From contig OZ024745.1 in NCBI GenBank assembly GCA_964016885.1, forward strand, positions 67,890,001 to 67,954,000: 64,000 nucleotides of DNA. Reading direction: 5' to 3'. A program made the translations under genes and the position numbers. Source of the stretch: Eledone cirrhosa (taxonomy: Eukaryota). This document shows, one piece after another, positions 26,879 to 42,262 of the stretch (positions within the stretch are counted from its first letter, which is position 1; each line of letters opens with the position of its first letter). The notes under the pieces were generated by a model. The model worked only from the letters and a program-made list of their open reading frames with translations. It ran no database searches and was not told the origin of the DNA.

Positions 26879-27299
26879 CGGAGAGAGAGAGAGAGAGGGA
26901 GAGAGAGAATACAAGAGAGAAAGAGTGGACGAGAGAGAGAGAGTAGACGAGAAAGAGACAGTGTAATAGCGATAATTGTAAATCATTGGCTTTCTTTAGC
27001 CTTCTCATCTATTGCAGCTGTGTGCAGATGCTAATTAGATAGATTACTATTGCTGCATTTCTGTCACCGCCATCTTTCCTTTTCTTCTTGTTGGAATGGA
27101 AAAAGATGTCGACTTGATTAGACTTCTAACGTCGGAAGTGATGACGATTCTGGTAATATTCTCCCGCTTTTTGGGGGACGAGGGTTGTAGGTCCGCCATC
27201 TTCTATGACCATCGACAGACGAATATCCTTTATGGATATAGTGTGTATATATATATACATCCATCCATCCATACATACATAAATACACACACACACACA

Positions 27300-28500
<1,201 letters not shown>

Positions 28501-28750
28501 GTCTGTGTGAACTATCTGGCAAGAACGTTAATTAATCTTAAATAATTAACGAAAAATGTCACAATTTATATTACTCTCCCAGAAGCGAAAGCGAAACGAA
28601 AGTAATTTGGTTTGATTAAGATATTCATTATGCCTTTTTTATGTCTTTTTTAATTAATTTCTTTGATAAATGGCAAAAACTCCAGCACTTAAAAGATATT
28701 AGAAAAGTTTATGTCTGATATTGGTAATATTCTCATATTCTAACATTGCT

Positions 28751-28823
<73 letters not shown>

Positions 28824-29503
28824 AGAGAGAGAGATTAATTTGGGCCAAGGTAATTCTTAAATAATTTTCGAACATACCAGAAATGACCTAATCGCAACAG
28901 AGCTATTTTTAAAAGTTTCAAGCTTAAATCGAGGATGATTTAAGTTTCGTCATACAAAAGGGAAGAAACAAAAATGAAAAGAGTCAACTACAGATTGGAC
29001 TAAGGAAACTATGTTTCCATTTATCTTCCAATTATTGGTATTATATGACGGTTGTTACGCCTGCTAGAAAGAGAGAAAGAAATGGATTATCAGATTAGAC
29101 CAAGGAAACAATGTCTCCATTGGCCTTTGCCATTGCTGATGTTTCCTGGCAGAAGTGTCATCACTTTTCCAATTACAAAAGGCGGAATGGTATTTGAGCT
29201 CATAAAGCACTAAACCAGAACAGATTCCGTAGAGTTTCCCGTTCGAGGCTTTTAACAATTCTGCCAAAACTGTCACCCTTGGAATGATTCTTTATCTATC
29301 GATCTCGAAAAGATGAAAGACAAAGTTAACCTCGACGGTATTTGAACTCAGAATACAGAGAGCCGAAACAAATGTCGAAGCATTTAATCCGAAATCCGAC
29401 GCTCTAACGACTCTGCCGTTTTATTTCTCTTTCTCTCTCTTTACCTACCTACCTACCTACCTACCTACTCCTCTCTATCTCTCTCTCGCTCTCGCTCTCT
29501 CTC

Positions 29504-29598
<95 letters not shown>

Positions 29599-29611
29599 AT
29601 ATCCACGTTTA

Positions 29612-31075
29612 TGGAGAGGCAGACCGATGCCTCCCGACGGTGTCGTCGGACACTGGACGGAGGGCCCGGTGAAGTTGCTTGGGGTCTGGTTTGGACCGGA
29701 CCTCCAGGTGGAAAAGAACTGGTACGAGGTTACGAACAAGGTGTTTGCTCTAACCCAGAAATGGGCCAAGTGTAAGCTATCCCTAAAAGGCCGGGCGGAG
29801 GTGGCGAACATTTACATAGCGTCCGTCACTTACTACCGCCTGACTGTCGTGCCTTGCCCTAAGGAAACACTCACCACCATGGAACGCATGCTCTTCCAAT
29901 TTCTTTGGAAGAAGCGCCCTCCTATGGTGAGAAGATCCATCTGCTGCCAACAACCTTCGAAAGGAGGGCTGGGGATGCCGTGGTTGATGATGCGTAGGCA
30001 CGCATTAAGGCTACGGCACCTACAGGTATTCCTCACTGGTCAACCGGTGTGGGCTGGTTCGTGAAACGAGCCTTTCCGAGACTCGTCTCGCTCACCGAGC
30101 TGCAGTCCTGGGTCAAGCAAAGATCCGGAAAACTGGGAAACTGGCACACTGAGTGTGCCCAGGCGCTCAGGGCTCTCTGGCAAGCTGGCCAGGCCATCGG
30201 TGGAGAATCCACCTCATCATTCTATAGAGGGCTGGTGGCTAGCAGGGGCGATGACACCCTTGGAGAGTCGCTGGACATGGAAGAGGACGAACTGGCCAGC
30301 CTGTTCGGTAGGACTTTCGGCCCGGGACCAATGGACAACTTCCAGAAGTCACTAGCCTGGCAGTGCTACCGGGGGGCTCTACCCGTTCGAGAGAGGCTCT
30401 ACAGACACGGGCGCCCGGGCAGGGATCCCTCGAAAAAGATTTGCCCTAGATGCGTGCGTCACGAAGAAACCGTTGCGCACGCATTGGTGCAATGTCCGGG
30501 CGTGGCTGATCTGTGGGGCTACGCCGAACGACTGCTGTCGCGGGTGGCGCCGATTCGATTGACCGCCGAGTTCGTGATGACAATCAAGCCGCCTCCTCTC
30601 TTCACAAAGGAAGCAAAGGCGGTTTTTCTGTGCGTAATAGCCATGTTTAAAGAGGTTGTTTGGTGGACACGATTGAAAGGTCTGAGGTCAGGCAACTTCC
30701 TCTCTGGCCATAGTCTGGTCTACTTCTTCCGATATCACTTCGGAAGAAGGATAAGAATGGAGAGAGAGGTGCTTGGCCACAGGCAGTTTTATGAAAGGTG
30801 GGTGATGGTGGCGAGAATGGCTCGTGTAAATGGGCCTTCTCTGTATACCATCCTGTAGGTAAAGAAGTGAAGGAGAGGGGAGCACCTTCTCCATGTGCTC
30901 CCCGGGCAAATGATTGCACACTTTTTCGGGTGTGTGTGCAACCCCCATCACGTCCCCTCCCTTTTGAGGTTGTTTTCGATTATTTTCATTTTATACCCTT
31001 TTTACTCGATTTTATGTAAACTCCCCCTTTGTATTTGTCCCTTCTTTTTATGCCTTTATGGTAAATAAAGAAATA
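29612..31075 (+). mobile_element. 5'-truncated Tx1/L1-clade LINE (copy B) with 20-bp TSD
   Basis: ORF2 C-terminal half (29627-30858, one frameshift near 30050) homologous to copy A. TSD TATCTATATATCCACGTTTA at 29592-29611 and 31076-31095. Confidence 0.93.
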
Positions 31076-31077
31076 TA

Positions 31078-31156
31078 TCTATATATCCACGTTTACCTGT
31101 ATGTAACTTTTCACAGCAAATGAACAAACCCGAGCAAGGCCGGGCTAAACTGCTAG
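31078..31156 (+). mobile_element. Mini-Helitron / Helitron 3' terminus
   Basis: CCCGAGCAAGGCCGGG hairpin 8 nt before CTAG-T; possible A|TC 5' start inside the TSD of copy B. Confidence 0.55.
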
Positions 31157-32224
31157 TATATATATATACACAAAATCAATTACTCAAATTTTAAAAGAAG
31201 GGAAGAAGGAAGGAGAGGTAAATATCGAAAGAGTTTTTAGTGCAAATGTTTTTATTGTTTAATGCAATTTATGGTGGACATAATGTGTTACTCTAGTTTA
31301 CGATAAATATCTACATATTTCCAATATGGAGCGTGAACAAAAGACTGGCAACCAGTGAGGAAAATTTCATTGATTTAAAAACCAAAATCTCAAACCCCAA
31401 ACAAAATAAAAAAAGAAAAGAAAACGTATCCTTCTTCCCTCCACAGAGACACACACACACACAGAAACGCAGACACAGATACATATACTGACACATAGAC
31501 ACACAAAGAAATCAAGACAGATACAAGCATACACACATATACATACACGCACATACACATACAGATATTGAAACACAGGCAAAAATAGAAACACATATAC
31601 ACACATAGATACACAGACAAACACAGAAACAGAGGCAAAGATACAAACACACATACACACGCACTCATACACATACATACGCATAAATATACAACAGAGA
31701 GAGACACAGATACAAACACACACAGACACAGACGCACACACATACTGACAGACATATCGACACACACACTGACACACAAACATATATATACACTGACCTA
31801 CACATATGCACACAAACAGACACACGTGCATATACAAAAAAATAATAAATTATTTGTATCAAAAACACTAAAATGCAATTGTTGATGTTTTGAATGAAAT
31901 GAAGTTTTTGTTCAAAATCCGTACAATCAAAACCATACGATTCAACCCTTGAAACGCGGCCATATTTGATGGATAATAAATACTCTACACAGAATGACAA
32001 CAATACCAACAGCAATAATAGCAACACAAAAACGAACCTCAAAGGACATTTTAAACAAGCAAACAACATTTGAATATCATTAAACGTTACAATAGTTATT
32101 TAGATAAATTTTCTATGGAAATCAGTCATTTTTCTATAATGATTTCCCGCCTAAACTATCACTTAATATAATTATAAGTTTCTAATGCATTTTTACTGAA
32201 ATTGTATTTCAACAGAACAGTATC

Positions 32225-32890
32225 TTCACCACCATCACCACCACCACCATCATCACCACCATCACCACCACCACTACCATCATCACCACCATCACCACCA
32301 CCACCACTACCACCATCACCACCATCACCACCACCACCACCACCACCACCACAACCAACACCACCATCACCACCACCACCACCACCACAATCAACACCAC
32401 CATCACCACCACCACCACCATCACCACCACCACCACCACCATTACCATCATCACCACCATCACTACCACCACCACAACCACCACCACAACCACAACCAAC
32501 ACCACCATCACCACCACCACCACCACCACCACCACCACCAACACCACCATCACCACCACCACCACCACCACCACCATCACCACTACCACCACCGTTATCA
32601 CCACCACTACCAACAGCAGCAGCAGCAGCAGCACCACCACCACCACCACCAGCACCACCACCACTACCAGCACCATCACCATCACCATCAGGACGACGAC
32701 GACGACGCTTACGACGACGACCACCACCAAAACTCCCACCACCACTACCACCACCACTACTACCACCACCACTACCAAACCACCACCACCACCACCACTG
32801 CCACCTTTTCCCAACCACCACTGCATCCACCATCACCATCACCACCACCGTCACCAACAGCACAATTACACCCACTACCACAAACAACAC
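32225..32890. repeat. Degenerate (CCA)n trinucleotide tract
   Basis: CCA/TCA/CTA/GCA units keep three frames open (poly-P, poly-G, poly-V). Confidence 0.93.
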
Positions 32891-32902
32891 TATTATTATT
32901 AC

Positions 32903-35900
32903 TATTGAGAGAGGGTGCTTGCCCTGGTGGTCAGGGTGGCCGTGGTCTTTTGTGCGGTTTTCGCCACGAGTAACCCTCGGAGGTTTCCCCCCTATTGGGG
33001 AATTTTTCATTGTTTCAATTTTCATTTTTATTGTTTATATATATATATGTTTCTATGTCCTTTTTTTTCTTTTCTTATATAAATAATAAAAATATTTACA
33101 CGCACAAAACCCACATCGTACCGTCCTGTGACGTCTGTAATGTTTTTCTTGATGTCAGCCCTTGTGGCCAATAAAGAACCAACCTGCTCAGACGTTTTGA
33201 ACTGTCTGACAGGTATCGACTGGATCACCCGAATATGCCAATGTGGACATGGACAAACCGTATCGGGTCATCCAGATCGTATCTCGATAGGGTATTCTGC
33301 AGAGAACTAGATAAGGCTAGTATAATTTGTCCACAATTTAAAATAGTCGACTACACAGACCACAAATTTGTGATCTGTGAGATCGACATAGACAGACTTC
33401 ATAGACAAGGGCCTGGTTACTGGAAGCTGAACGCGTCTTTCCCGGCGCGCAAAGCCTACAGAGACCGGATTAGCGCATTAGTTAAGCGGGCGTTGACGGG
33501 AGCGGTCGTCAACAACAGGTGGTGGTTCGCCCTGAAAAGGGCAATTAAAGTAGAGTCGATTAGGTTTAGCAAAGGAGTAGTGATAGAGGAAAATAGAGTA
33601 GAGGCAGAGCTAGTCAGAAAGCTAGAAGAGGCGTTTAGGACAGGCATCGCAACCGACGTGCTTGCGGCGAGATTGGCACTCGACCAATTCTTCAAAGCAA
33701 AACACGAAGGCTGCGTTGTCAGAGCTGGAGCGCGTGCTCTGAAACACCAGGGGACAAAAGCCGTCCAATGGGCCCGGGTGGTGGAGGCGCGACGTGGCAA
33801 CAAAGCCACAATTCGGTCTTTGTCTGACCAAAACGGGTGCGTGATGCTCGAACCCGAGCGGATGTGTGAAGCTTTTCAGCAGCACTTTGCTAAACTGTTC
33901 GGGAGCGGCGGCGGCCCGGATCGGGGCATGGACTTCAGTGCATACCTCGACGGACTGCCTCGGCTCTCGACGACCGCAGCACAGTGTTGCGAAAAGCCAA
34001 TAACAGCCGGTGAAATACGGGAAGCGATGGCTAACTGCACAAGGGGTAAATCGCCAGGTTTGGATGGTCTGCCCTACGAGCTTTATGCATTTATGCCAGA
34101 CTTGTTCGGTGATCTCTTGGCAGACGTCTACTGCAACTGGCAGCAGAACGGGAGCATTCCCAGTTTTGTGAGCCGGGGAGCAGTGGCGCTGCTGAGAAAA
34201 GACCCGAACAAGGGGGATGTTATCGATAATTTCAGGCCCATAACCCTGCTAAACGCAGAGTTCAAGATTTTGGCCAAGGTGTTAGCAACGAGGTTGGCGC
34301 TTGTCGTCAAGGGTCTGGTGGGAGAGGTGCAGACATGCGCAATTCCAGACAGATCCATACACGACAACCTCCACCTCATGCGATACATCATAGAGAGGGT
34401 GGTTAAGGAACCTGGCACGAGTGGGGCCCTGATCAACTTGGATCAATCCAAAGCATTCGATAGGGTCGACCATCGGTACCTGGCGGCGGTCCTCGAGGTA
34501 GCCGGTTTCGGGTCCGTTTTCAGGGGTTGGATCGCAGCAATGTACAGCGACATCTGCTCAGTTGTGAGGGTGAACGGTCACCTGTCACCGCCGTTCAGCA
34601 TCATGCGCTCAGTCCATCAGGGTTGTCCGCTCTCGTCCCTCTTGTACGTATTGGCTCTCGAGCCGTTACTGCACAAACTGGAGGCGATGAGGGGCGTCCT
34701 ACGCGAACTAGGATGCGGGAAATCCGAGTCGGCTTACGCTGACGACGTCACCGTGGTGGTGTCGAGCACCAGACACGTCCAGATGCTCGGCACCGCTCTC
34801 AAGGAATACGAAGCGGTGACAGGAGCAAAGATAAACCAGGAAAAGTCGGTGGGCTTGCAGCTCGGCACCTGGAGAGGCAAGTCCATGCCGTCCGACAGCG
34901 TCGTGGGGCGTTGGACGGACGGACCGGTTAAATTGCTCGGGGTCTGGTTTGGACCGGACCTCCAGATGGAGAAAAACTGGAACGAGGTGACGAGCAGGGT
35001 GGCCTCCCTCACCCAGAAATGGGTCGAGAGGAAGCTGTCCCTGAAAGGCCGGGCGGAGGTGGCGAATGCGTACATCGCATCCGTCATCTGCTACCGCCTC
35101 ACCGTCGTCCCTTGCTCCAGCCCAACTCTCACCAAAATGGAGCGCCTCCTCTTCCGCTTTTTGTGGAAGGGACGCGCTCCCATGGTCAGACGATCCATCT
35201 GCTGTCAACACCCGTTGCGTGGAGGACTGGGCATGCCATGGCTGATGATACGCAAACATGCACTGAGGCTGCGACATCTCTGGTGCTTCCTTGATGGTGA
35301 ACAGGTGTGGTCGCCGTTCGCCAGGCACGTTTTCCCACAGCTCGTCTCCTTGACGGAGCTGCAGTCCTCGGTCAGAAAAAGACCGAGGGATAGCGCTTGG
35401 AAACTGGAATGTCTCTAGGCGCTCACTGCCCTCTGTCAGCTGGACACCAGTATCGGTGGAACATCCACCTCGGCGTTCTATAGAGGACTAGTGGAGGGGA
35501 AGAGCGACGACATTCTCGGAGAGATCCTGGGCGTCGAAGAAGATCAGCTGTTTGCTCTCTTCCGGAGAACTTTCAGCCCGGGGCCTATGGATAACTTCCA
35601 AAAATCCATGGCCTGGCAGTGCTACCGGAGAGCGCTGCCGGTTCGAGATAAGCTCTACAGGCATGGAAGTGCCGTCAACCGAGCCTGTCCGAGATGCGCG
35701 CAGATCGACGAAACCGTCGTGCACGCACTCGTTCAGTACCCGAGCATTGCTGACTTGTGGAGCTATGTTGAACAGTTGCTGTCGCGTGTGGGACTGATCC
35801 GGTTGTCGACTGAGTCCATTGTGCAGATGGCCTCGCCGTCTTCCTTCTAGGAGGAAGGGCAGGCGGTTTTCATCTGCCTGGTGGCCATGGCGAAAGAGAT

Positions 35901-36382
35901 TGTGTGGTGGACAAGGTTAAAAGGGTTAAAGACAGACACTTTCCTCTTCGGCGAATCCCTAATTAACTTTTTCAAGTTTCACTTGAAGAGGAAAATCATG
36001 GTGGAGAGGCAAGTGCTGCCTTCTAGCAAGTTTGTTGAAAGGTGGGTGAATGTAGCGAGAATGGTCCGTGAATATACGTCTGTAGTTTGAGAAATGGAAA
36101 AATTGAGAGAGAGCGCTTGCCCTGGTGGTCAGGGTGGCCGTGGTCTTTTGTGTGGTTTTCGCCACGAGTAACCCTCGGAGGTTTCCCCCCTATTGGGGAA
36201 TTTTTCATTGTTTCAATTTTCATTTTTATTGTTTATATATATATATATATGTTTCTATGTCCTTTTTTTTCTTTTCTTATATAAATAATAAAAATATTTA
36301 CACGCACAAAACCCACATCGTACCGTCCTGTGCCGTCTGTAATGTTTTTCTTGATGTCAGCCCTTGTGGTCAATAAAGAAAT
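32903..36382 (+). mobile_element. 5'-truncated Tx1/L1-clade LINE (copy C) preceded by a duplicate of its own 3' UTR
   Basis: ORF2 33235-36090 (SYLDR, YTDH, KSPGLDGL, AYADD, CPRC) with stops at 35416 and 35848. The 3' UTR 36102-36380 is repeated at 32903-33178. The element has an (ATT)n tail. Confidence 0.93.
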
Positions 36383-36645
36383 CATTATTATTATTATTAA
36401 ATAAAGAAATCATTATTATTATTATTATTTGTCATCGTCGTCGTCGTCGTCGTAGTAGTAGTAGTAGTAGTAGTAAAATGAATTATTGACATGGGAGTTC
36501 AATTTTTAATCGTGCAGTATTTGCTAAGCCTGTAACGATTGAATGGTTCCTGTTTACAAAAGAGGAGCAAGAGAGAAAAGCGAAGATAAACAAATAATGA
36601 GGGAAGAAAGAAAGAAAGCAAGAAAGAAAGAAAAGAGAGAAAGAA

Positions 36646-36728
<83 letters not shown>

Positions 36729-37039
36729 GAAAATAGGAAAATCAATAATGCAAAAAAAAGTAAACAAACAAATAAAAAAACTAAACAATTTCTACAAAAA
36801 GCAGATTTGGTTATGGCAAACAACACGGACATTTTCCTCTCTGATTTGTTCGTCAGAAAAACTAAGATCACAAACTATGTGTCTCCTTCAGAATGATAGA
36901 TTCTTTATTGGGTTCCACTTCGAGATCTAAATATTTAGATACTAAAGGAATGGAGTTACTAGCTAACTGAGGTTTCAGTAGATGAAAAGCTCGTAGTAAG
37001 CCTGGGTCACATCTGAAACATTTCATCTGGTAATTGACT

Positions 37040-37700
37040 GAGATCAGATATAAAATGTAGGTCAGGTCTACCTAAACTGGTAATATTTTCAACTGGTAAT
37101 GTGTCTAGATAAGATATGAACAACAAAACAAAACAAAATAAAACAAAACAAACAAGCAAACTGGTGATAAACTCAGGACAGATGTGAAATTTAGATTCAC
37201 TTCAATTGGTAATAGGTCAAGGCCTGATGTGAAATGTATGTTCCCCCAGCTAGTAATTGGCCCAGGCTGGATGTGAAATATAGACCCCCTTTTACTGATA
37301 GTTATATTAGGCCAGATGTGAAATGTAGGCTCAGAACAGATGTAAAATGTAGGCCGTATTTCAAAAGAGGATAAGTCCTGGCCTGATGTAAAATGTAGTT
37401 CTTTCCCATAAAATGGTTATAAACTCAGGCCAGATGTATAGCATAGGCGCTATTTCATCAGGTAATATGCTTAGTCCTGATCTGAAATGTAGGCCCCTCA
37501 AAACTGGCAATAGGTTCAGGACAGATGTAAAATGTAGGCTTTATTTCAACTGGTAATAGACCTAGGCTAGATGTCAAAAGGTGGGCCGCCTCTCCCAATT
37601 ACTAATAGACCTAGGCTAGATGTGAAATGTTGCCCCCTTCCCCCAAGAAAATTGCAATAAACACAGACCAGATTTGAATTATAGGCACTTTTAAACCTGC
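37040..37700. repeat. Diverged ~45 bp minisatellite
   Basis: Recurring GGTAATAGGCTCAGGCCAGATGTGAAATGTAGG motif. Confidence 0.8.
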
Positions 37701-38110
37701 CCATTAAGCATTTTAGCGAATACGTATGATCTATGTATGGGTTGGTGTTAAACCCATACAATAACATGTATTTATCAGTGTTAAATAGACAGGATTTATG
37801 TATGGATTATGTGAATGTACATATGTTCAAGGGTTTGATGGGTTTGCATGTAACAAAGCAGAACTAGAATTAGTGTGAGTAGGACCCTTCAAAATGGTAG
37901 GATATTGTTTTCCTCGAGTCAGTTTTTTTACAAGGTCCACTCCCACTTAAATTGTCCCAGAAGACTTGGATCAGCTCTGGTTACAGGCGCCCACGTCCTT
38001 AAATGCTTCTCTTTACCTAAGGAGAGTTTCAGTCATGAAATTGCGTATGTATGTATGTATGTATGTATGTATGTATGTATGTATGTATGTATGTATGTAT
38101 GTATGTATGT

Positions 38111-38967
38111 AGTTTGGTAAATATCATCTTGGTTAAGAGAGTGGGACTGGCTTTGTGCAGTGCCTTTGCTCACTATAAAAGCTTCACAGCACAGGAATTG
38201 CTTTATATCTGGAGATCTCTCTGCACTTGTCGTCACATGGTACCATGGGCCCAGCACTATGTATCAATAATTGTCACAAGTGTAGTGTTTGTACCAGAGT
38301 TTTCAAGTCGCTGGCTGGACTAAGAAGTCACACTCGTTCAGCGCATCGGTAGGGGTTCTCCTACATGGATATAAAGTAGTGGCCGTACTCGAAAACGAGT
38401 TGGCAGCCACCATGTATGTATGTTGGTCGGGTCGTTGGCGACTAAACTGGCAACCCCACCAAGGTTTCTTGGTGAGGAGGGTGACTTTGGACATCCTGCA
38501 GGACTAAAAACAAAACCTGTCAAAGAGCAAAGGAGCTGTTAAGAGTCAATGGCCATCCAAAATCACCGGTAGAGATGACCCCTTAGCCTTTGTCAAGGCA
38601 GAATTCTAGGAGAAGGAAAACTCTGATATAACACCTGCAACCCTGATGGTATCCAATGATGTTGACTTGTTCTTCTTTTTGGTAAATATCATCTTGGTTA
38701 AGAGAGTGGGACTGGCTTTGTGCAGTGCCTTTGCTCACTATAAAACCTTCACGGCACAGGCATTGCTTTATATCTGGAGATCTCTCTGCCCTTGTCGTCA
38801 CATGGTACCATAGGCCCAGCACTATGTGTCAATAATTGTCACAAGTGTAGTGTTTGTACCAGAGTTTTCAAGAAGCTGGCTGGACTAAGAAGTCACACTC
38901 GTTCAGCGCATTCTCCTACATGGCTATAAAGTAGTGGCCGTACTCGAAAACGAGTTGGCAGCCACCA
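38111..38967 (+). mobile_element. Two tandem copies of a non-autonomous RTE-derived element (38111-38411 truncated; 38423-38967 long)
   Basis: RTE-type 5' region CTAGGAGAAGGAAAACTCTG; terminal C2H2 remnant [23 protein letters not shown]; (ATGT)n tails. A third copy lies at 58991-59401. Confidence 0.7.
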
Positions 38968-38981
38968 TGTATGTATGTATG

Positions 38982-39015
<34 letters not shown>

Positions 39016-39017
39016 TG

Positions 39018-41507
39018 TTTTTCTGGTTTTATAATTTCACAAAGTTTTGCCAATAGAGAGAGAATCGGTTTCTAACATAGACACAAGACTCTCTCATTGG
39101 AATTTACACAACATCAACTAGGTAGATATGGATGTTATTGTATGTGTGGATGTGTATGTTTTGAGTTGTATGTGTGCATGTGTATATGCTTTGTATCTCT
39201 ACATGTGTATATGCAGTTATTAGATGCAACATTTTTGGAATATTTTACATATTTTTACTGTTCCATTAATGGATTGTACTTGTAATTTCCTAACTAGTTG
39301 TGTTCTTTCTGTTCCTGTGAAGCCTAGCTTCTCAAGATTTGTATTGAGGCAGTTACTAACATATCCCAGTGCCCCAATAATCACAGGAATGCATCTGAGG
39401 GTATAATCAGGGTGGAGTATCTGCAGATTTCTCAACAGTTCTGCATAAATATTCTCCTTTTCACTAATGTTTGATATTATATTGGCATCTGCTGGGCAGT
39501 TAATTTCCACTACTGTGCATGTTTTCTTCTCCCTGTCCCATATCATAATATCTGGTCTGTTATGCCTGCATTTTATTGGGGTTTTACTGGAACATTCCAC
39601 CAGTACGCTTTCATATTATGTACGTGGATGTCTTCCACATTGCTGTAGCTTTTAATGTGTTTATTATCGGGGCTATCTTTTTTACGAACTGCATTGTATA
39701 GTGTTTTGGCCACTACATCATGCCTCATAGGTAGATAGTACCGCGATGACATCTTTGGACAGCTGCTGATGACATGGGTGATATCCTTGATGTTAGTTCT
39801 GCAGAGTCTGCACTTGTTATCACATCTAGGTGTTTTGCCTGCATCCCTATTTCCTTTGTGAATCAGGTATTTCGTGCTAATCTCCTGTTCCTGGATTGCA
39901 AAAGCGTATCCTTCAAAGTGGGAGCCATATAAAGCGGTTGTTGGTCCAAGATAGACTACTTTCCTTATCTATATTACTCTCACTCTGGAGCTTCCTGGCA
40001 ACATATCCATGCATGATTTTTTGCTGATAGGCATGCAGTTTTTCATCCATAGATTCACTGCAATACTGCTGAGCGACATCCCTGGGTGTGAGTTTTTGAT
40101 TATCACGCAGGGAATATCTCTCAAGGAGTTCCTTCCCAACTCTCATGATCTTATCTGTTTCATGCAGATAGACTTGCTCGAGAAACGGGCTCCTACGCTT
40201 CGAGGTTCGTAGATGTTGTCAGAGAGATATGATGCGACATTCAAATGTTGTCTGGACTGATGTTAGGCCTCTGCCTCCCTGCTTACGTTTCAAGTAAAGG
40301 CGGTCTATGTCACTGTTGATGTGGAAGTTTCCGGTGTTGTTCAGTATTTTTCGAGTTCCAACATCAACTGCTCGGATTTCATCTATCGTCCAATTGAGTA
40401 TTCCAAACGTTGGTGTTAGGACAGGCACAGCAAACACATTGTGAGCCACTGTTTTGTTTTGCGCAGAGAGTTCCGATGACCAGATCTTTCTTAATCGGGT
40501 GTAGTATTCCCTGGTTACGCGTTCTTTATTACAGATACCATTATAGGATATGTTCTCATCTATCCCCGGGTATCTGTAGCAGTCCTCATCAGATATCGTT
40601 GAAACAGTTAGGCCATTGATGACAATGTTGCTAGATTGGGTTGTTGTTTTTCCCCGCTTTACAGTCATGTATGAGCATTTATCTTGGCCAAACTCCATTC
40701 CTATATCCTTTGAGAACGTTGTAACCAGGTCAAGATTTTTCTTCACCCCATCCATGTTCTTGGCATAGAGTTTCAGATCGTCCACAAAGAAATTATGGGT
40801 TAGGTTCGTATTTCTGTCCTCCTGTGAGCCAATGATGTATCCCTCACATTTCTTGAGCAGAAAGGACAAGGGGTTTAATGACAAGATGAATAATATCACA
40901 GAGAGACTGTCCCCCTGAAATATACCCCTGCAATATTTTATTTTATCAGTGAAAATAGAGTCCTCCCTCTCTGTCTTTAACCTTAGGATAGTAGCCCAAG
41001 AAGAAGACAGCTTCTCTATGGCTCTGATAATAATGTCTGGGACTTTAGCAACTTGGTAGGCCTCTATCATCCAAGACTGGGGAACAGAATCGAAAGCTCT
41101 CCTGTAGTCCAGCCAGACTGTAGTCATATTCCTCCTAAGTTGTCGCACCTCCGACATCGCAGTTTTGTTCAGTTTTTGTTCAGCACATCCCCAAACCCCT
41201 TTCTTTCAAGCTGCTTGTTCATCTGTGATGATGTTATTATTTTCACAGTGATCTTGGAGGAATAGGTTCAGACAGGCTGTATACATCTTATACATCAGGT
41301 TCTGGCATGCAATGGGTCGGTAGTTTTTTTGCCAAGTGGGTGTCTTTGTTCTTGGGGACCAGTAACGTTTGTGCTAATGTCAACCATTATGGTATAAGTG
41401 TATCTCCCTTAAGAACTTGTTGGTAGAGGTCAGTAAGTTACCTCCGATAGAATATTAGTTTTTTGTACCAGTAGCCCACAATCATGTCTCTTCCTGGTGT
41501 TTTCTTA
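39018..41507 (-). mobile_element. R4/Dong-clade non-LTR retrotransposon (RT, CCHC, REL endonuclease), 5'-truncated and frameshifted
   Basis: WLDYRRAFDSVPQ, GIFQGDSLS, FFVDDLKLY, CRLC..HVISSC, RHD and NRPDIMIWD..VVEINCP. (ATGT)n lies on both sides. Confidence 0.9.
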
Positions 41508-42006
41508 TGTATGTATGTATGTATGTATGTATGTATGTATGTATGTATGTATGTATGTACAATGACAGAGAAAGAGAGAGAAAGTGAAATGTACACATGC
41601 AGACGTACACACACACAACAAAAAAACAGGCATTGGATGGCATTGTATGCTGGACCTCCGTCGATTCCGACGACGAATGTTCCAGTTGATACACAGACAC
41701 GTGTATCCTTCATATAGTTCACAAAGAGATTCAGTGTGTGACAAGTCTGGCCCTTTGAATAACAGGCACAATTCCTTTCTACCAGTTGAGTGGACTGAAA
41801 CAACGTGAAACATACAAAGCATCGCTGGGAATCGAATTCACGACGTCGCGACTTTGTGACAAACGCCTCTAACCACTAAGCCACGCACCTTCCCAGCATG
41901 CTACAGCTCACAAACCTGAACTCACAGCAATAACATTTCTCCATAATGGTGCCAGATCAACTAAAAGTCGATATGTGTCACACGTTAGTAAAAGATATAG
42001 AATGCA

Positions 42007-42171
<165 letters not shown>

Positions 42172-42174
42172 CAT

Positions 42175-42262
<88 letters not shown>

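Noticed and set aside
32159-33086. Extensin-like proline-rich or glycine-rich ORFs
   Set aside because: A (CCA)n tract is open in several frames and runs into a LINE 3' UTR.
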